Below, piece by piece: positions 1-9,810 of a DNA stretch of 30,195 bases (the stretch's first letter is position 1; every line of letters begins with the position of its first letter). Source of the DNA: a virus (lineage: Duplodnaviria > Caudoviricetes); the IMG/VR virus record IMGVR_UViG_3300010043_000010, positions 1 through 30,195 of that record. One strand, 5' to 3'. The position numbers and the translations under genes were made by a program. The notes under the pieces were generated by a model. It ran no database searches. It had not been told where the DNA came from and saw only the letters and a program-made list of their open reading frames with translations.

Positions 1-3000
1 GACAAGTACGGTGGCACGGGCGGCGACTACGATGCCGTAGGCCTGCTTCGCTCGACACTTGCGCCGCAGGACGTCGCCGCCACAGCCAGCCGGGCGCCGG
101 CGACCAGAACGACCGCCGAGCTCAGTGGGGGCGGGGCGCAGGGCACCCTCGGTGATCGAGCCCTCAACATCTTGGGTGGGGCCGCGGATGCCGCGCGGGC
201 GTTCGGTGATGACGCAGTCAAAGCGGTGCAGGCGGTGCTCGTGACCGAAGGCGGCCTCAACAATGCGCGCGGCGACAACGCCAAATCCGCAGGCCCACTG
301 CAATTCTTCGGCGAAGAGGGTGGCCGCGCGGGCCAACTGAACAACCTGGCCACCTTCCTGGGCACCAGCCTCGCTGGGGCCCGCGACTGGGTCGAGCAGC
401 ATCCGGTGGCGGCGGTGCAGTGGGCCCTCGGCACGCCAGACAACCCCGGCTACCTGGGCAAGGCAATCCTCGCCGGTCAACGCGCCGGCAAAGCAGGCGC
501 AGATCTGGCGACCTTCATCCAGGCCAACGGCCAGGTCAGCGTGAGTCCCGAACGCGCCGGTCAGAACTTTCGGAACCTGTTCGGCCAGGGCCAGGCCGCG
601 GTCACCTCGGCGGTCACGGGCGCCGGCGAGACGGTGAGCAGAACGGCCGGCGATGTCGCCTCGCGGGCACAGCAACTGGCCGACGACAGCCAGCGTCTGG
701 CCCGTGACAGTGCGGATCGCGCCCAGGCTGCGCTGGATCTGCTGAACCAGACGCGCCAGCGCATCAGTGCCGAGAACGAACGCTACAGCGCCGCGCGGCG
801 CGCGGACATCAATCGCACGCTGGCCGACATCATGCAACCGCGGCAGGTCCCGTTCGGCCTGCCGGCCGAGAGCCGCTCAGTGCTGGGGGAAGGGCCGTTC
901 GGGGCATTCCGCGCGCCCAGCCTCGAGATGCCGGGTGGGGTGCAGCAAACCATCGAACGGGCCGACGCGCTCTTACGTCAGCATCCCGAGCTGGGCGGCC
1001 CGTCCGTTGACTGGACCAGGCCCCTGGGCCCGCAGCTCGGCGTCGATCCGCTCGGGCAATTGCAGAGCGGCATCCCGGATATCGTTGAAGGCGTGCGCTC
1101 CGGCGACGCCGGCCGCGTCGCGACCGGCCTGCTGCAGGTCGCGGGTGCCGTCGGCTCAGCCCTGCCGGGCGGCGGCGGCCCAGGAGGACAGGCGGCTGCC
1201 CGCGCCACAACCGCCGCGCGCGCGGCACCAGCGGTGGCCGAAGCGGTTGCTCCCGCTGCGGCCGAGACGGGCCGGGCACTCGAGTTGGCTCCTCGGCTGG
1301 CCGAACCCGGCGGCTTCGTCGCGCCGACGGTCGAACCGGTCACTACTCCTACCACGCGCATGTACCACGGCACGGGTGCCGAATTCGAACGGCCGGCAGG
1401 TGCCCACTTCAACGAAGAGGGATTGTTTGGACCTGGGTACTACCTGACGAATGACGCGCGGATCGCCAGCAACTACGCGACCACGCGCGCCCCAGTCCAG
1501 GCACAAGCCTTCGACCAGCTCCAGGGCTGGCTGGCAGACGCTCGGGCACGCGGCAATCCTGAAGAAATCGCGTATCGCCAGAGTCAGATAGACAACCTTC
1601 TCGCCGCTGGGGAACCGGGCGCGAACGTACGCGCCCTTGATGTGCCGCAGAATCTGCGACTGCTGGACATGGAAGCACCGATCACGGCTACTGACATCAG
1701 GCGGATCGGTAACGCGATGGGCGATGCGGACGGGCGCTATTTCATCGACGAACTGACTCAGCGTCCGTTCGGCGAAACCGGCGAGGACGTGTACTCCTGG
1801 CTGACCGAGTGGGGTTGGCCGAAGAGCAGAATCAATCAGGTGCTTGCCGATGCCGGCTATGACGGCATCCAGTACGCCGGCGGCAAGCGCATTCCGATGT
1901 TGGGCGCGACGGGCCAGCCCATTGAGCACACGGCGGTAGTCGTGTTCCCAGCGTCGCTGAACAAGGTACGCAACGCGATCAGCGGCACGCAGGGTGGCCA
2001 GGCGAGCGCCGCCTACGCGATGCGCCTGGGCAGCACCGGGCTGGGTGCCGCCACCGGCTACGCCACTGCGCCTGAGGACGCCACGCAGGAGGAGCGGCTG
2101 AAGCGAGCGGCGATCGGGGGTGCCGCTGGCCTCGCCGCCCCGTCTGTTGTCAGCCTGGCCGCGCGCGATCCGCGTTTCGCGCTGCGCCTCAGCGGCGCAG
2201 CTGGTGGCCTCGTCAGCCAGGAAGCGACGATGACCGAGGAGGAGAAACGCAATCCGTTCGTGCGCGTGAGTCGTGACCTGAGCGGCCTGTTGCTTGGCAG
2301 CGCTGCACCGGCGCTGGCCGAGTCCGGCATCCGCGGTGTCGCCGCTACTGTGCGCGGTCGGGTGCCGGACCTGAACGACCTGGCCCAGATCCGACAGACG
2401 CTGGGTGCGCGTCAGATGAATCTACCGGGGACCGCAGGTCAGCCGATGACGCCCGGTGAGCTGATCAGCGCAGTCGGCAAGCAGAACCTGCTGGCCGGCA
2501 TCAAGCAACATGTGACGAACATCGGCAGCCAGATGGTCGAACTCGCGCGCACGCCCGTGCGCGCAGCCCTGGCTGGTCAGGGCGATCAGGCGTTGCTGGC
2601 GATGCGTGCAGGGATCAACGGCATCCCGGATGCGTTGAACGAATTCGCCCGCACCTGGACCAGCGGCATCAGCTCGACCGCCCAACCCGGCCAGCGCACC
2701 CAGGCCTGGCTGCCCGTGTTCCGCTTCCTGGGCGCGACCGATGATTTCTTCCGCGTGCTCGGCGCGCACATGGGCATGGCCACCGAAGCCCAGCGGCTGG
2801 TCAACGAGGCGGGCGCGAAGACGCCGCAGGCGATCCGCCAGGTCCTTGCCCAGAACGAGCAGCGCATCTTTCAGGCTGGCCAGCGTGAAGGGGCCGCGAG
2901 CGTGTTCCAGACCATGGGCATGCAGGGCGCGCAGGACACCATGACCCGTTTCGGTCGCTGGAAGAACGAGTGGCTCGGTGCCGTAGCGCAGAGCCCGGCT

Positions 3001-4185
3001 TGGCAAGACCGATTGTCGGCATATGGCAAACAGGGACTGGCTTTGCTCGTCGACGCGCTCGTGCCGTTTGCGGGCATGCCCGGCCGATTGTTCGATATCG
3101 GCATTGGGCGACTGCCGGTCATCGGTGAGACGCGCCGTTTTGCGGAACTCGCCATGGCCGCCAAACGTGGCGATAGCGCCGCAGCCCAGCGAGCGCTTGG
3201 CGAATTGGGTATGCAGAGCGTGCTCTCCTCAGTCATCCTGACCCAGACCCTGGCCGGCAATATCCGTGGTCCAGACGATCCCGACCATCCGAACAGCGCA
3301 CTTATTGGCGGGAACTGGGTCGACTATTCGGGCTGGGGCGCCTTTCAGTTGCCGTTGGCGATGCCAGCCGCAGCGATGGAAGAGTGGCGCAAGACCGGCA
3401 ATCGCCTGGGAGCCGGCGATCGCGAGTATCTGGGCGCGGTGATGAACGCTTGGGGCAAGACGCTGGTCAACTCGTACTACCTCAACGGCCTGTTCGATTT
3501 TCTCACGGCCGTCGGCGAGGGCCGACTCAGTGATGCGGTCGCCAAGACACTCACGAGCTACACCGACCGCAGCATCCCGTCAGGCTTCAACCAGGTCGAG
3601 CAGATGATCGACCAGAACGTGCGCGAGGTGAGCAAGCAGTTTCCGCAGTCGATCGTGGACCGCTGGAAGTCGCGCGTGCCGTACCTCGCCCAGACGTTGC
3701 CGGCGCAGGTCGAACCGACGACGGGTGCCGAACGTGCACGCGAGCGGCAAGGTCCGCTCGGCACGCTGTTGGGCGTCGAAACGTACCAGCAATCGCCGAT
3801 CGAGCAGGAGATCTACCGCTTGAATCGGCTGGGCTACGCGTTGCGCCCGCCGCGCGACTATCCACAGACTCTGAGTGTCGGGGGGGCGCAGATTCGACTG
3901 AGCCCCCAGGAGCAACATGCGCTGGCGCAGGGGCGCGGCGAATACATCGATCGCGTGCTCGGTGCGCGGATGCAATCGTCTTACTGGCGGACGTTGACCG
4001 ACGATCAGCGGGCACGGTTGATCGCGCGTGCATTGGACCAGGCATCGGCGCACAATGTGGTCACCTGGCGACGGATGACTCCGGTGAACGAGCAACGGGA
4101 TCGCATTGCCCGCGGGGAACGGGTCGTTGGCCGATTAGAAGAGCAGGGTGCGTTCGGGGGATTTACCGCGCCCGGCGCGGCTTGA
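1..4185 (+). CDS. Large internal virion/ejection 'polyvalent' protein (5'-truncated): lytic transglycosylase-like region, ADP-ribosyltransferase-like domain, hydrophobic hairpins
   Basis: Frame 1 is open from base 1 (DKYGGTGGDY...), so the start is upstream of the window. Motifs: AVLVTEGG...GDNAKSAGPLQF (SLT-like); MYHGT...GLFGPGYYLT...ASNYA...GYDGIQY...VVVF (ART-like, ~1360-1975); Gly/Ala-rich hydrophobic repeats at ~2010-2330. Confidence 0.75.
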   Translation, partial: DKYGGTGGDYDAVGLLRSTLAPQDVAATASRAPATRTTAELSGGGAQGTLGDRALNILGGAADAARAFGDDAVKAVQAVLVTEGGLNNARGDNAKSAGPLQFFGEEGGRAGQLNNLATFLGTSLAGARDWVEQHPVAAVQWALGTPDNPGYLGKAILAGQRAGKAGADLATFIQANGQVSVSPERAGQNFRNLFGQGQAAVTSAVTGAGETVSRTAGDVASRAQQLADDSQRLARDSADRAQAALDLLNQTRQRISAENERYSAARRADINRTLADIMQPRQVPFGLPAESRSVLGEGPFGAFRAPSLEMPGGVQQTIERADALLRQHPELGGPSVDWTRPLGPQLGVDPLGQLQSGIPDIVEGVRSGDAGRVATGLLQVAGAVGSALPGGGGPGGQAAARATTAARAAPAVAEAVAPAAAETGRALELAPRLAEPGGFVAPTVEPVTTPTTRMYHGTGAEFERPAGAHFNEEGLFGPGYYLTNDARIASNYATTRAPVQAQAFDQLQGWLADARARGNPEEIAYRQSQIDNLLAAGEPGANVRALDVPQNLRLLDMEAPITATDIRRIGNAMGDADGRYFIDELTQRPFGETGEDVYSWLTEWGWPKSRINQVLADAGYDGIQYAGGKRIPMLGATGQPIEHTAVVVFPASLNKVRNAISGTQGGQASAAYAMRLGSTGLGAATGYATAPEDATQEERLKRAAIGGAAGLAAPSVVSLAARDPRFALRLSGAAGGLVSQEATMTEEEKRNPFVRVSRDLSGLLLGSAAPALAESGIRGVAATVRGRVPDLNDLAQIRQTLGARQMNLPGTAGQPMTPGELISAVGKQNLLAGIKQHVTNIGSQMVELARTPVRAALAGQGDQALLAMRAGINGIPDALNEFARTWTSGISSTAQPGQRTQAWLPVFRFLGATDDFFRVLGAHMGMATEAQRLVNEAGAKTPQAIRQVLAQNEQRIFQAGQREGAASVFQTMGMQGAQDTMTRFGRWKNEWLGAVAQSPAWQDRLSAYGKQGLALLVDALVPFAGMPGRLFDIGIGRLPVIGETRRFAELAMAAKRGDSAAAQRALGELGMQSVLSSVILTQTLAGNIRGPDDPDHPNSALIGGNWVDYSGWGAFQLPLAMPAAAMEEWRKTGNRLGAGDREYLGAVMNAWGKTLVNSYYLNGLFDFLTAVGEGRLSDAVAKTLTSYTDRSIPSGFNQVEQMIDQNVREVSKQFPQSIVDRWKSRVPYLAQTLPAQVEPTTGAERARERQGPLGTLLGVETYQQSPIEQEIYRLNRLGYALRPPRDYPQTLSVGGAQIRLSPQEQHALAQGRGEYIDRVLGARMQSSYWRTLTDDQRARLIARALDQASAHNVVTWRRMTPVNEQRDRIARGERVVGRLEEQGAFGGFTAPGAA

Positions 4186-4190
4186 GCTAG

Positions 4191-5711
4191 ATGGCCACCT
4201 TAGACGAGCTTGAGAAACAACAGGGCACCGGCTGGACGGCCGGCACGCCCGTCCCCAAGCTCGACAGTCAGGGGCAGCCCGTTGCGGGCGTCTACACGGT
4301 CGTCCTGACCGGGCCGGAGGGCGCCTCGCGCGTCGCCACGATCTATGCGCCGGCACCGCCCGGCCCGACCCAGCTCACCAATCTGATCGAGACCGATCCG
4401 CGTAAAGCGACGTTCGACACGATGGCGGTCGAGGACACGATCAAACCGCCAACGAGGACGCCAGCCGAAACCAATGCGAACATCGCGCAAGCGGAGGCTG
4501 CAGCTGAGACCTCGAGAGCCCAGGCCGAGGTCGCCAGAGCGAACCTCGAGAAACTCAAGCAGGACCAGAAGCAACGCGAAGCGAACGATGCTGCGAATAA
4601 GGGCTACTTCACCAACGCAGAACTGGCCGACTTTGATCAGAAGGCCAAAGACCAGGGGCTGACGCAGCAGCAGATCGATATCCAGCGCACGATCGCCTCG
4701 AACAACAACAAGAACACCGAGATCTCGAACCAGATCGCGGCCCAGAACGCGGCGGTCGCGGCCCAGAACGCGGCCATCAATGACAAAGCCGTCAGTGCGC
4801 GCATCAAGTACGAAGAGGCGCAGGTCGATGACGCTGCACGGCAGCGCTTACTCGACGAGGCAAAGTTTGCGCGCGACAACGCCGACAAGGACATCGCCAA
4901 TAACCTCGCGCAAAGCAAGCTCGAGCTGGAGCAACTGACCCAGAAACAGGCCAACGAGAACGCGCGCCAGCAGAACGTACTGCGCGGCCAGGAACTGGCA
5001 CAACGCCAGGCCGAGGCGCAGCAGACCGCCCAGACCGCGGCGCAAACTGCGGCCACCACCGCAGCGGCGAGTGTGTATGGCACCGAGCGCCAGGCCCAGG
5101 GCCAGGCCGCTCAGACGGGGCAGAGTCTGCTCGCCAACCGCATGACCGCGGCCAACAATCTGCTCAACACCATCACCGGCAACGCCGCCGCCCTGGCGCA
5201 GGGCTCCGCCGGCCGCTTCGGCATGCTGGGCGGTGGGCTGCGCGCGGTGCCGCCAGGCCTCGGGCCAGGATTGATCTCGGGTGTCATGGGCACCACTGCC
5301 GAGGCCTACGGTGGCCAGGACACGCTCAATGCCGCCGCGCGCATGGTGCAGCAGGCGGGCGCCGACCTGACCACGCCGATGGCCCAGGCCGCGGTCGGCG
5401 TGCTGCAGCAGGTCTTCGAACGCCAGCACCAGCTCACCGGCCAGCCGGCGGCGCCCGTCGTGGCCCAGACCGCGGCACGGCAGACCCAGCAGAACAACGG
5501 ATTCACCTCGCCGGCGATGGTCTCGCCGCAGGACCTCGCGACACGCGCTGCCGCCGCACAGGAGGCCGCCGCTCGAGGGGCAGTCGCCCAGGCGATGTCG
5601 CCGCCGGCGTACGGGCCGGCGTCACCGATCGGCAACGTGCCGGGCCCGTGGCCGCAGTTCGCCGCCCCGACTACCGCGCCAGCGCCGACTACGGTCAACA
5701 TCAACGTCTGA
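4191..5711 (+). CDS. Putative DNA ejection/pilot protein, Gln/Ala-rich coiled coil
   Basis: 506 aa with long Q/A/N heptad stretches, including a 21-nt tandem repeat (AAQNAAV/AAQNAAI); adjacent to the large ejection protein. Confidence 0.6.
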   Translation: MATLDELEKQQGTGWTAGTPVPKLDSQGQPVAGVYTVVLTGPEGASRVATIYAPAPPGPTQLTNLIETDPRKATFDTMAVEDTIKPPTRTPAETNANIAQAEAAAETSRAQAEVARANLEKLKQDQKQREANDAANKGYFTNAELADFDQKAKDQGLTQQQIDIQRTIASNNNKNTEISNQIAAQNAAVAAQNAAINDKAVSARIKYEEAQVDDAARQRLLDEAKFARDNADKDIANNLAQSKLELEQLTQKQANENARQQNVLRGQELAQRQAEAQQTAQTAAQTAATTAAASVYGTERQAQGQAAQTGQSLLANRMTAANNLLNTITGNAAALAQGSAGRFGMLGGGLRAVPPGLGPGLISGVMGTTAEAYGGQDTLNAAARMVQQAGADLTTPMAQAAVGVLQQVFERQHQLTGQPAAPVVAQTAARQTQQNNGFTSPAMVSPQDLATRAAAAQEAAARGAVAQAMSPPAYGPASPIGNVPGPWPQFAAPTTAPAPTTVNINV

Positions 5712-6805
5712 TGCCGCAGTACACCATCCCACTCCAGGGCGGCGGGGCGATGACCGTCAACGCCTCGTCCTACGCCGCCGCGCAAGACAACGTCCGCGCG
5801 AGCGGCAATACCCCGGCCCCCGGTGGCCCAAGTACCACGACGCTAGCGGGCGGGTTCGATCCGCAAGGATCCACTGCGGCGATGAACGCGGCCGGCTTTC
5901 GGGACGATCCTGCCGGCCGCGCGGCCTACGCGGCCTATCTCGCCGGTCAGCGGGGGGCCGGACCTGGTGGACCTGGTGCGTCGTCGAGCCAGAACCAGCA
6001 GCAGGCACAGCAGCTCGGTGACTGGTATCAGAAGTTTCTCGAGGCGATCGCCGCCGGCAACGAAGAGGCGTTCCGCGAGTCGATCCGTCAGTTCGACCTG
6101 AGCTTCGGCCTGGACCGCGACAAGTTCAACGAGGCGATCCGCCAGTTCAACGTCAACCTGGGCATCTCCGAAGCGGGCCTCACGGGCATGTACCAGACGC
6201 CGCAGACCATCGCGGCGTACGCCGCGCGCAATCCGCAAGCGGCCGCGCTGGCGGCCCAGAACCCGTCACTGCTCAATCCGGCCTACCAGCAGGAGCTGTT
6301 GCGGACGCGCGGCTACATCTTCGAACCAGGCGAGCAGCTCGGCCAGCAGACGCTCGCGGCGCAGCAGCAGGCGTACGCCCAGCAGCTCGGTGCCATCCAG
6401 ACCGCGGCGCAGCTCCAGGCCAACCCGTTCCGCCAGGCGCAGGTCATCGGTCAGCTCGGGCCGCTGCTGCGCGGCCAGGGCGTGGCCGGCTTCCAGGCCC
6501 CTGGCGCGGCGCAGGGGCAAACCGACTTCAGCGGCATGGGCAACCTGCAGCGGCTCATCGACGACATCCGCGGTGGGCCGGGCGCGGTCAATTCGCAGTC
6601 GACCCAGAGCGTGCTTGACGCGATCCCCACGCCCGCCAAGATCAACAGCCCTCAGTTTCTCCGCGCGAGCCCACTCACCCAGAACCTGGTGCTGCAGGGG
6701 ATGCAGGAAAAGTACGGCCTGAATCCGGAGGACGCGCTTGCGCAGATCCGAAACACGCTCCCACAATTCCAGGCACCGACGACCTTCGGGGGCGTGAGAC
6801 GCTGA
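5711..6805 (+). CDS. Putative DNA transfer/ejection protein
   Basis: ATG at 5711 overlaps the upstream stop (TGATG); 364 aa, Q/A/G-rich, with repeated ESIRQFD/EAIRQFN motifs of the kind seen in podoviral injection proteins. Confidence 0.55.
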   Translation: MPQYTIPLQGGGAMTVNASSYAAAQDNVRASGNTPAPGGPSTTTLAGGFDPQGSTAAMNAAGFRDDPAGRAAYAAYLAGQRGAGPGGPGASSSQNQQQAQQLGDWYQKFLEAIAAGNEEAFRESIRQFDLSFGLDRDKFNEAIRQFNVNLGISEAGLTGMYQTPQTIAAYAARNPQAAALAAQNPSLLNPAYQQELLRTRGYIFEPGEQLGQQTLAAQQQAYAQQLGAIQTAAQLQANPFRQAQVIGQLGPLLRGQGVAGFQAPGAAQGQTDFSGMGNLQRLIDDIRGGPGAVNSQSTQSVLDAIPTPAKINSPQFLRASPLTQNLVLQGMQEKYGLNPEDALAQIRNTLPQFQAPTTFGGVRR

Positions 6806-6942
6806 TGCCACTCAAGAAGGGCAAGAGCCAGAAGACCATCAGCAGCAACATCCGCGAGATGGTCAAGGCCGGCCATCCGCAGGATCAGGCGGTCGCCGCG
6901 GCCATGCGCATGGCTGGCAAGCCGAAGCCGAAGAAGCGATGA
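6805..6942 (+). CDS. Small basic phage protein (45 aa, MPLKKGKSQKTISSNIREMVKAGHPQDQAVAAAM...)
   Basis: Not in the ORF track. Coupled at both ends (TGATG, ATGA); resembles a recurrent small phage protein family (MPLKKG.S.KTIS.NIRE). Confidence 0.8.
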   Translation: MPLKKGKSQKTISSNIREMVKAGHPQDQAVAAAMRMAGKPKPKKR

Positions 6943-7862
6943 CGATGTCCGATCGGGGCGTGCACCCGGACCTGATCGACGACGAGCCCGAACCGCCTGC
7001 GCGTGAGACGCCATCTCCTCGCCGCGGGCGGGCCGCTCCCCGTGCGGCTCCGCAGCCGGTGCCCGGACCTCCCTCCACGGCTGAGGTTGCGGAGCCGCCA
7101 GAGCAGCCGGCACCGGTCGAGGTGGAGGCCGAGGCGCAGACGTCGTCGCCGCCCGAGGAGCCCGACTGGTGGAAGCAGGCGAAAGAAGCGCCCGATCCAA
7201 AGACGGCACTCGCCCTGCTCGCGAAGAACATGCCGAAGCAAGACATGGAGCAGGATCCGACGCTCCAGGGTTGGATCGGCGACATGGGTGCGCGACGTGC
7301 GCGCGCCATGCTCGAGCGCTCCGAGCAGGACCGGGTCGACCAGCAGAAGCAGGAAGCGCTTGCCAATGGCGACTTCTACGGGCTCGGCCAACTGACCGCG
7401 CCCGAGCTGCGCGCGCATGCCGAGCAGCTCGCTGTGTCCCAGCAGGGTGCCCCGTTTATGGACGGCGTGACCCACTTCCAAGGCACGCTGCCGGTCGAGG
7501 TCCAGCAAGTCGTCCAGGGCAAGACCTACGGTGCTGGCAAGAGCTACGCCGAGGGCGTGTCCGAATATCTGGCAACAATCACTGAGGCCGCGGTCAGCCA
7601 CCGACTGAACGCGGCCGTCGAACAGGAGCTGAAGCGCCGCGAGCCTGCGCTGCGGAAAGCCTGGCTCAGCGAAAGCAACGGCAACCAGCCCGTACCCGAG
7701 CTGGAGGGCGGTCAGGCCACGCGCGTCCGCGAGATCACGGGCGAGCAGGTCGAGCGCATGACCCCGCAGGAGTACGAGACCTACTTCGATTCGAATGGGC
7801 GCCCGAAGCCGGGCGTGCGCTATCGGGTGACCGAGCGCGATATTCCGGTTCGCCAGCGCTGA
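6939..7862 (+). CDS. Capsid scaffolding protein
   Basis: Acidic, Pro-rich N-terminus, helical core and C-terminal 'VERMTPQEYE'; directly upstream of the major capsid gene. Confidence 0.7.
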   Translation: MTMSDRGVHPDLIDDEPEPPARETPSPRRGRAAPRAAPQPVPGPPSTAEVAEPPEQPAPVEVEAEAQTSSPPEEPDWWKQAKEAPDPKTALALLAKNMPKQDMEQDPTLQGWIGDMGARRARAMLERSEQDRVDQQKQEALANGDFYGLGQLTAPELRAHAEQLAVSQQGAPFMDGVTHFQGTLPVEVQQVVQGKTYGAGKSYAEGVSEYLATITEAAVSHRLNAAVEQELKRREPALRKAWLSESNGNQPVPELEGGQATRVREITGEQVERMTPQEYETYFDSNGRPKPGVRYRVTERDIPVRQR

Positions 7863-7906
7863 TCTCCGCCGGCTCAGGCCGGTGGCGCTGAAAGGAAGAG
7901 AAGCCA

Positions 7907-8761
7907 GTGGCCACTGGTGCAACGGAGTTTGTCGACAAGACCATTGCCGACGGCATATTCAGCCCCGACATCTGGTCGAAGCAGGTGCTGCGCGCGACCG
8001 AGAGCAACCTGGTGATCGCGCGTTCCGTCAACCGTGGCTTCGAGGATGACGCCTCGGTGGGCAAGACCGTCAAGGTAGCCAGCATCGGCAACCTGGCCGC
8101 GCGGGCAAAGGCGGAGAACACCGCCATCGTGTACGAGACTGTCGCCGAGACGGCCACCACCATCACACTGAATCTGTGGAGCTACGCGGCGGTCGGCATC
8201 GAGGACATCGTCAAAGTCCAGTCGATTGTGGACGTGCAGAACGAGTACCAGCGCAAGCTCGGCTACGCGATCGCGCGCGACATCGACACGGCGCTGGCGA
8301 CCGACTTCGCCGGCTTCTCGACGGTCATCGGGACGCTCGGCACCGCGGTGACCGACGCCAACGTGCTCGCCGCGGTCGCCGCCCTCGATAACGCCGACGC
8401 GCCGCAGGACGATCGATTCTTCATCATGTCCCCGGCCGAGAAGGTCGCCAAGCTCGCGCTGGATCGGTGGTCGAATGCGTTGTACATCGGCACCGGCGAT
8501 CAGCCCGTTCGGAACGGCATGCTCGGCGACATGTACGGGCTCAACCTGGCCGTCACCACCAACCTGGTCAAGCCGGCTGCGGGCCAGGCGCGCAATGCCA
8601 TCTTTCATCGCGACGCGCTCGCGTTGGTGGTGCAGAGGAGCCCGAAGACCCATTTGTTCTATGACATCGACTTCTTCACCTGGAAGCTGGCATCCGAGGT
8701 GATCTACGGCCATCAGGAGATGCGCGACCTGTTTGGCGTCCTGCTCAACGGTGCCAGCTAG
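7907..8761 (+). CDS. Major capsid protein (HK97 fold, P22 coat-like)
   Basis: Motifs PDIWSKQVL, GKTVKV, GYAIARDID, LDNADAPQDDRFFIMSP, AIFHRDALALVVQ, IYG; purine-rich RBS (aaaggaag) upstream. Confidence 0.88.
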   Translation: MATGATEFVDKTIADGIFSPDIWSKQVLRATESNLVIARSVNRGFEDDASVGKTVKVASIGNLAARAKAENTAIVYETVAETATTITLNLWSYAAVGIEDIVKVQSIVDVQNEYQRKLGYAIARDIDTALATDFAGFSTVIGTLGTAVTDANVLAAVAALDNADAPQDDRFFIMSPAEKVAKLALDRWSNALYIGTGDQPVRNGMLGDMYGLNLAVTTNLVKPAAGQARNAIFHRDALALVVQRSPKTHLFYDIDFFTWKLASEVIYGHQEMRDLFGVLLNGAS

Positions 8762-9312
8762 TGACAAGCGGCAACGCCTTTCTCGACAAGATGCTCGAGC
8801 AGGCCCCGCCGTCGGCGAGCCAACCGCGGCGCGGCCAGAACTACAACTTCCCCCACCGCCTGTACCTGAAGCCAGACGGGGAGGTGGTGGCGTTGCAGGG
8901 CGATCCGGTGAATCGGGCGTACTACCAGGACAAGGGCTACCACCTACTGAGCGACGCGCCGGGCCGCAGCGGCGACCTGAGCGAGTCCGAGCAGTACCAA
9001 CGGGCGGAGTACCCGAAGATCCTCGAGCGGCAGATCGAGAAGGCGTCGATCATCAACGCGATCCGGCGCGCGATGCAGCACGACCGCAACATGAGCGTGC
9101 CCGAAGACGGATGGGAGGAGCTGACGCTCGAGGAGATGCGCGACGTGCTCGAGCAGGTGCGGGACGAGACGAAGAAAAACATCCGGGTGATTCGCCCGCG
9201 CGCGAGCAAGACGACGCCGGACCACATGCTGGCCGGCGTCGAAACGACGGAGAGCAGTTCGATCGAAGCCGCCGCGGCGCGCCGGCGCAGGAGCACGGAG
9301 GCGAAAGAATGA
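8761..9312 (+). CDS. Hypothetical phage protein (KPDG...KGY motif)
   Basis: GTG overlaps the capsid stop (TAGTG); 183 aa with phage-like codon usage. Confidence 0.7.
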   Translation: MTSGNAFLDKMLEQAPPSASQPRRGQNYNFPHRLYLKPDGEVVALQGDPVNRAYYQDKGYHLLSDAPGRSGDLSESEQYQRAEYPKILERQIEKASIINAIRRAMQHDRNMSVPEDGWEELTLEEMRDVLEQVRDETKKNIRVIRPRASKTTPDHMLAGVETTESSSIEAAAARRRRSTEAKE

Positions 9313-9617
9313 CCACCCAGGAAGAGCTGCGGGAGGCGCTGACGCACATACCGCCGGTGCCTGCCTCACCCGACGACGTGCTCGCGCTCGAGCCGCACCG
9401 TATGGTCGACGCGCAGAGCGGGCCCCACCCCCAGATTTCGGCCACCACCTACGTCGAGTGGACCAAGCCCGACGGCGACACGTTCATCGCTCCGCTGGCC
9501 AACGCCGAAACGTACGAGCGCAAGGGCTTCACCCGCGGCGCGGACGTGGAGGTTCCAGACCTGGTCGCGCATTGGGCGGAAGCATCCAAACAGGAGGCGA
9601 CTTCCGGTGGCACCTAA
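9309..9617 (+). CDS. Hypothetical phage protein (102 aa, KPDG...KGF motif)
   Basis: ATGA overlap at 9309; corresponds to the C-terminal part of track ORF 8733..9617. Confidence 0.7.
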   Translation: MTTQEELREALTHIPPVPASPDDVLALEPHRMVDAQSGPHPQISATTYVEWTKPDGDTFIAPLANAETYERKGFTRGADVEVPDLVAHWAEASKQEATSGGT

Positions 9618-9810
9618 AGGCTTGCCGTGGGTCGGCGCGAGCGGCAAATCGCCGAAGGCGGCCGACAACTTCACTCCGCCCGGCGGACATCCGGGCCCGA
9701 ACGCGGCCATGGTCGCCGGCAACGAGTCCGTCAACCAGTTCGTCCACGAGTCGCTCCAGGGCGAGCAGAAACCAGACAAGGGGCCGATCGGCAAGCGGAC
9801 GTACGGATGA
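9607..9810 (+). CDS. Hypothetical small protein (67 aa)
   Basis: Strong RBS caggagg before the GTG; stop overlaps the next ATG. Confidence 0.65.
   Translation: MAPKGLPWVGASGKSPKAADNFTPPGGHPGPNAAMVAGNESVNQFVHESLQGEQKPDKGPIGKRTYG

Noticed and set aside
172-174. Track start codon for the 1337-aa ORF
   Set aside because: The frame is open back to base 1, so the real start is outside the window.
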